From Magnetospirillum sp. WYHS-4 (GTDB taxonomy: Bacteria; Pseudomonadota; Alphaproteobacteria; Rhodospirillales; GLO-3): a DNA stretch of 64,000 nt. The DNA lies in contig JAMOBD010000008.1 of NCBI GenBank assembly GCA_039908345.1, positions 6,719-70,718 on the forward strand, in the 5' to 3' direction. The first letter of the stretch is position 1. Each line of letters starts with the position of its first letter. The notes beneath the pieces were generated by a model, which saw nothing but the letters and a program-made list of their open reading frames with translations, ran no database searches and was not told the origin of the DNA. Made by a program: the position numbers and the translations under genes. Shown one piece after another: positions 63,354 through 64,000 of this stretch.

Positions 63354-64000
63354 TCAGCTCGACTCCGCCGGTGGCGGACGGGTGGGCAGGTAAAGGGTGA
63401 AGGTCGTCCCCTGGCCGAATCGGCTGTCCAGCGTGACGATGCCGCCATGACTGCGAACGATGCCGTAGGTGGACGACAGCCCCAGCCCCGTTCCGCGTCC
63501 GGCTTCCTTGGTGGTGAAAAAGGGCTCGAAGATCCGTTCCGCCACTTCCGGCGACATGCCGGTGCCCGTGTCGGCGACCCGGATCACGGCATAACTTCCC
63601 GGCGGCAGTTCGGCCAGAACCGGCGCCGAAGCGTCGCCCAACTCCTCGCGCACCAGGGTCAAGGCGACCGTGCCGCCGACTCCCCGCATGGCATCGATGG
63701 CGTTGCTGATCAGATTGAGCAGCGCCGCCTGGATCTGCGGCAGGTCGACGGCCACCCAGCCGGCATCGCGCGGAACCACCGCGTCCAGGACGATTCCGGT
63801 CGGCAACACGTCGCGCGCCATGGCGACGACTTCCTCGACCACCCGGCTGGCCGGCAAGGTCTGGGTGCGGGCCTCGCCGCGGCGGCCGAAGGCGAGCACG
63901 CTGGAAACCAGATGGGTGGCCCGTTCGGCGGACTGGCAGATGCGGTCCAGCATTTCCCTTTGGCGGCTGCCTTCCGGAGCCTCCTCGCGCAACAGATCGC
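63354..64000 (-). CDS. histidine kinase, C-terminal part (HATPase_c); 5' end lies outside the window
   Basis: N-box LLNLISNAIDA, G-boxes DTGTGM and GTGLGLS. The reading frame is open to the window edge. Confidence 0.75.
   Translation of the reverse strand, partial: DLLREEAPEGSRQREMLDRICQSAERATHLVSSVLAFGRRGEARTQTLPASRVVEEVVAMARDVLPTGIVLDAVVPRDAGWVAVDLPQIQAALLNLISNAIDAMRGVGGTVALTLVREELGDASAPVLAELPPGSYAVIRVADTGTGMSPEVAERIFEPFFTTKEAGRGTGLGLSSTYGIVRSHGGIVTLDSRFGQGTTFTLYLPTRPPPAESS

Overview
This is a 64-kb high-GC chromosomal segment. It looks alphaproteobacterial, probably Rhodospirillaceae and Magnetospirillum-like. That placement is an inference from the form II RubisCO cbbR-cbbM pair, the R. 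capsulatus-type dctSR/dctPQM arrangement and general protein similarity; nothing was searched. Most of the window is ordinary core genome:
- lipid A / LPS export operon msbA-DUF374-waaA-lpxK
- cbbR-cbbM
- F1 ATP synthase atpHAGDC
- lepA, rnd, pip, glk, ccdA, menA-ubiE
- a giant AsmA-family protein, TRAP transporter dctPQM with dctSR, and several two-component systems
- tRNA-Phe(GAA) and tRNA-Leu(CAG)

Three stretches stand out.
1. 10.5-13.65 kb holds an orphan, intact-looking podovirus head-assembly module: a poly-Pro small protein, a T7-type portal, a small Bbp19-like ORF and a scaffold-like protein. It appears to have its own promoter, AT-rich palindrome, leader terminator and 3' terminator. 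It sits between core genes and has no capsid, terminase or tail genes. This is my best candidate for a domesticated or undescribed system.
2. 1.7-3.5 kb is a decayed mobile-DNA scar around tRNA-Phe, with ParD-like, ISAs1 and IS1380-family fragments. It is followed by a degenerate GGDEF/EAL-like orphan and a parvulin-RNase T2 pair.
3. Two redox/metal-flavoured clusters: MarR + cytochrome b561::DHC fusion + DUF1924 + DHC, then a B12-radical-SAM::Zn-ribbon::TPR protein; and a heme-c (DUF3365) sensor kinase - receiver - P-type ATPase operon.

I saw no CRISPR array, integrase or recognisable defence genes. The many long ORFs antisense to real genes are GC-driven artefacts.
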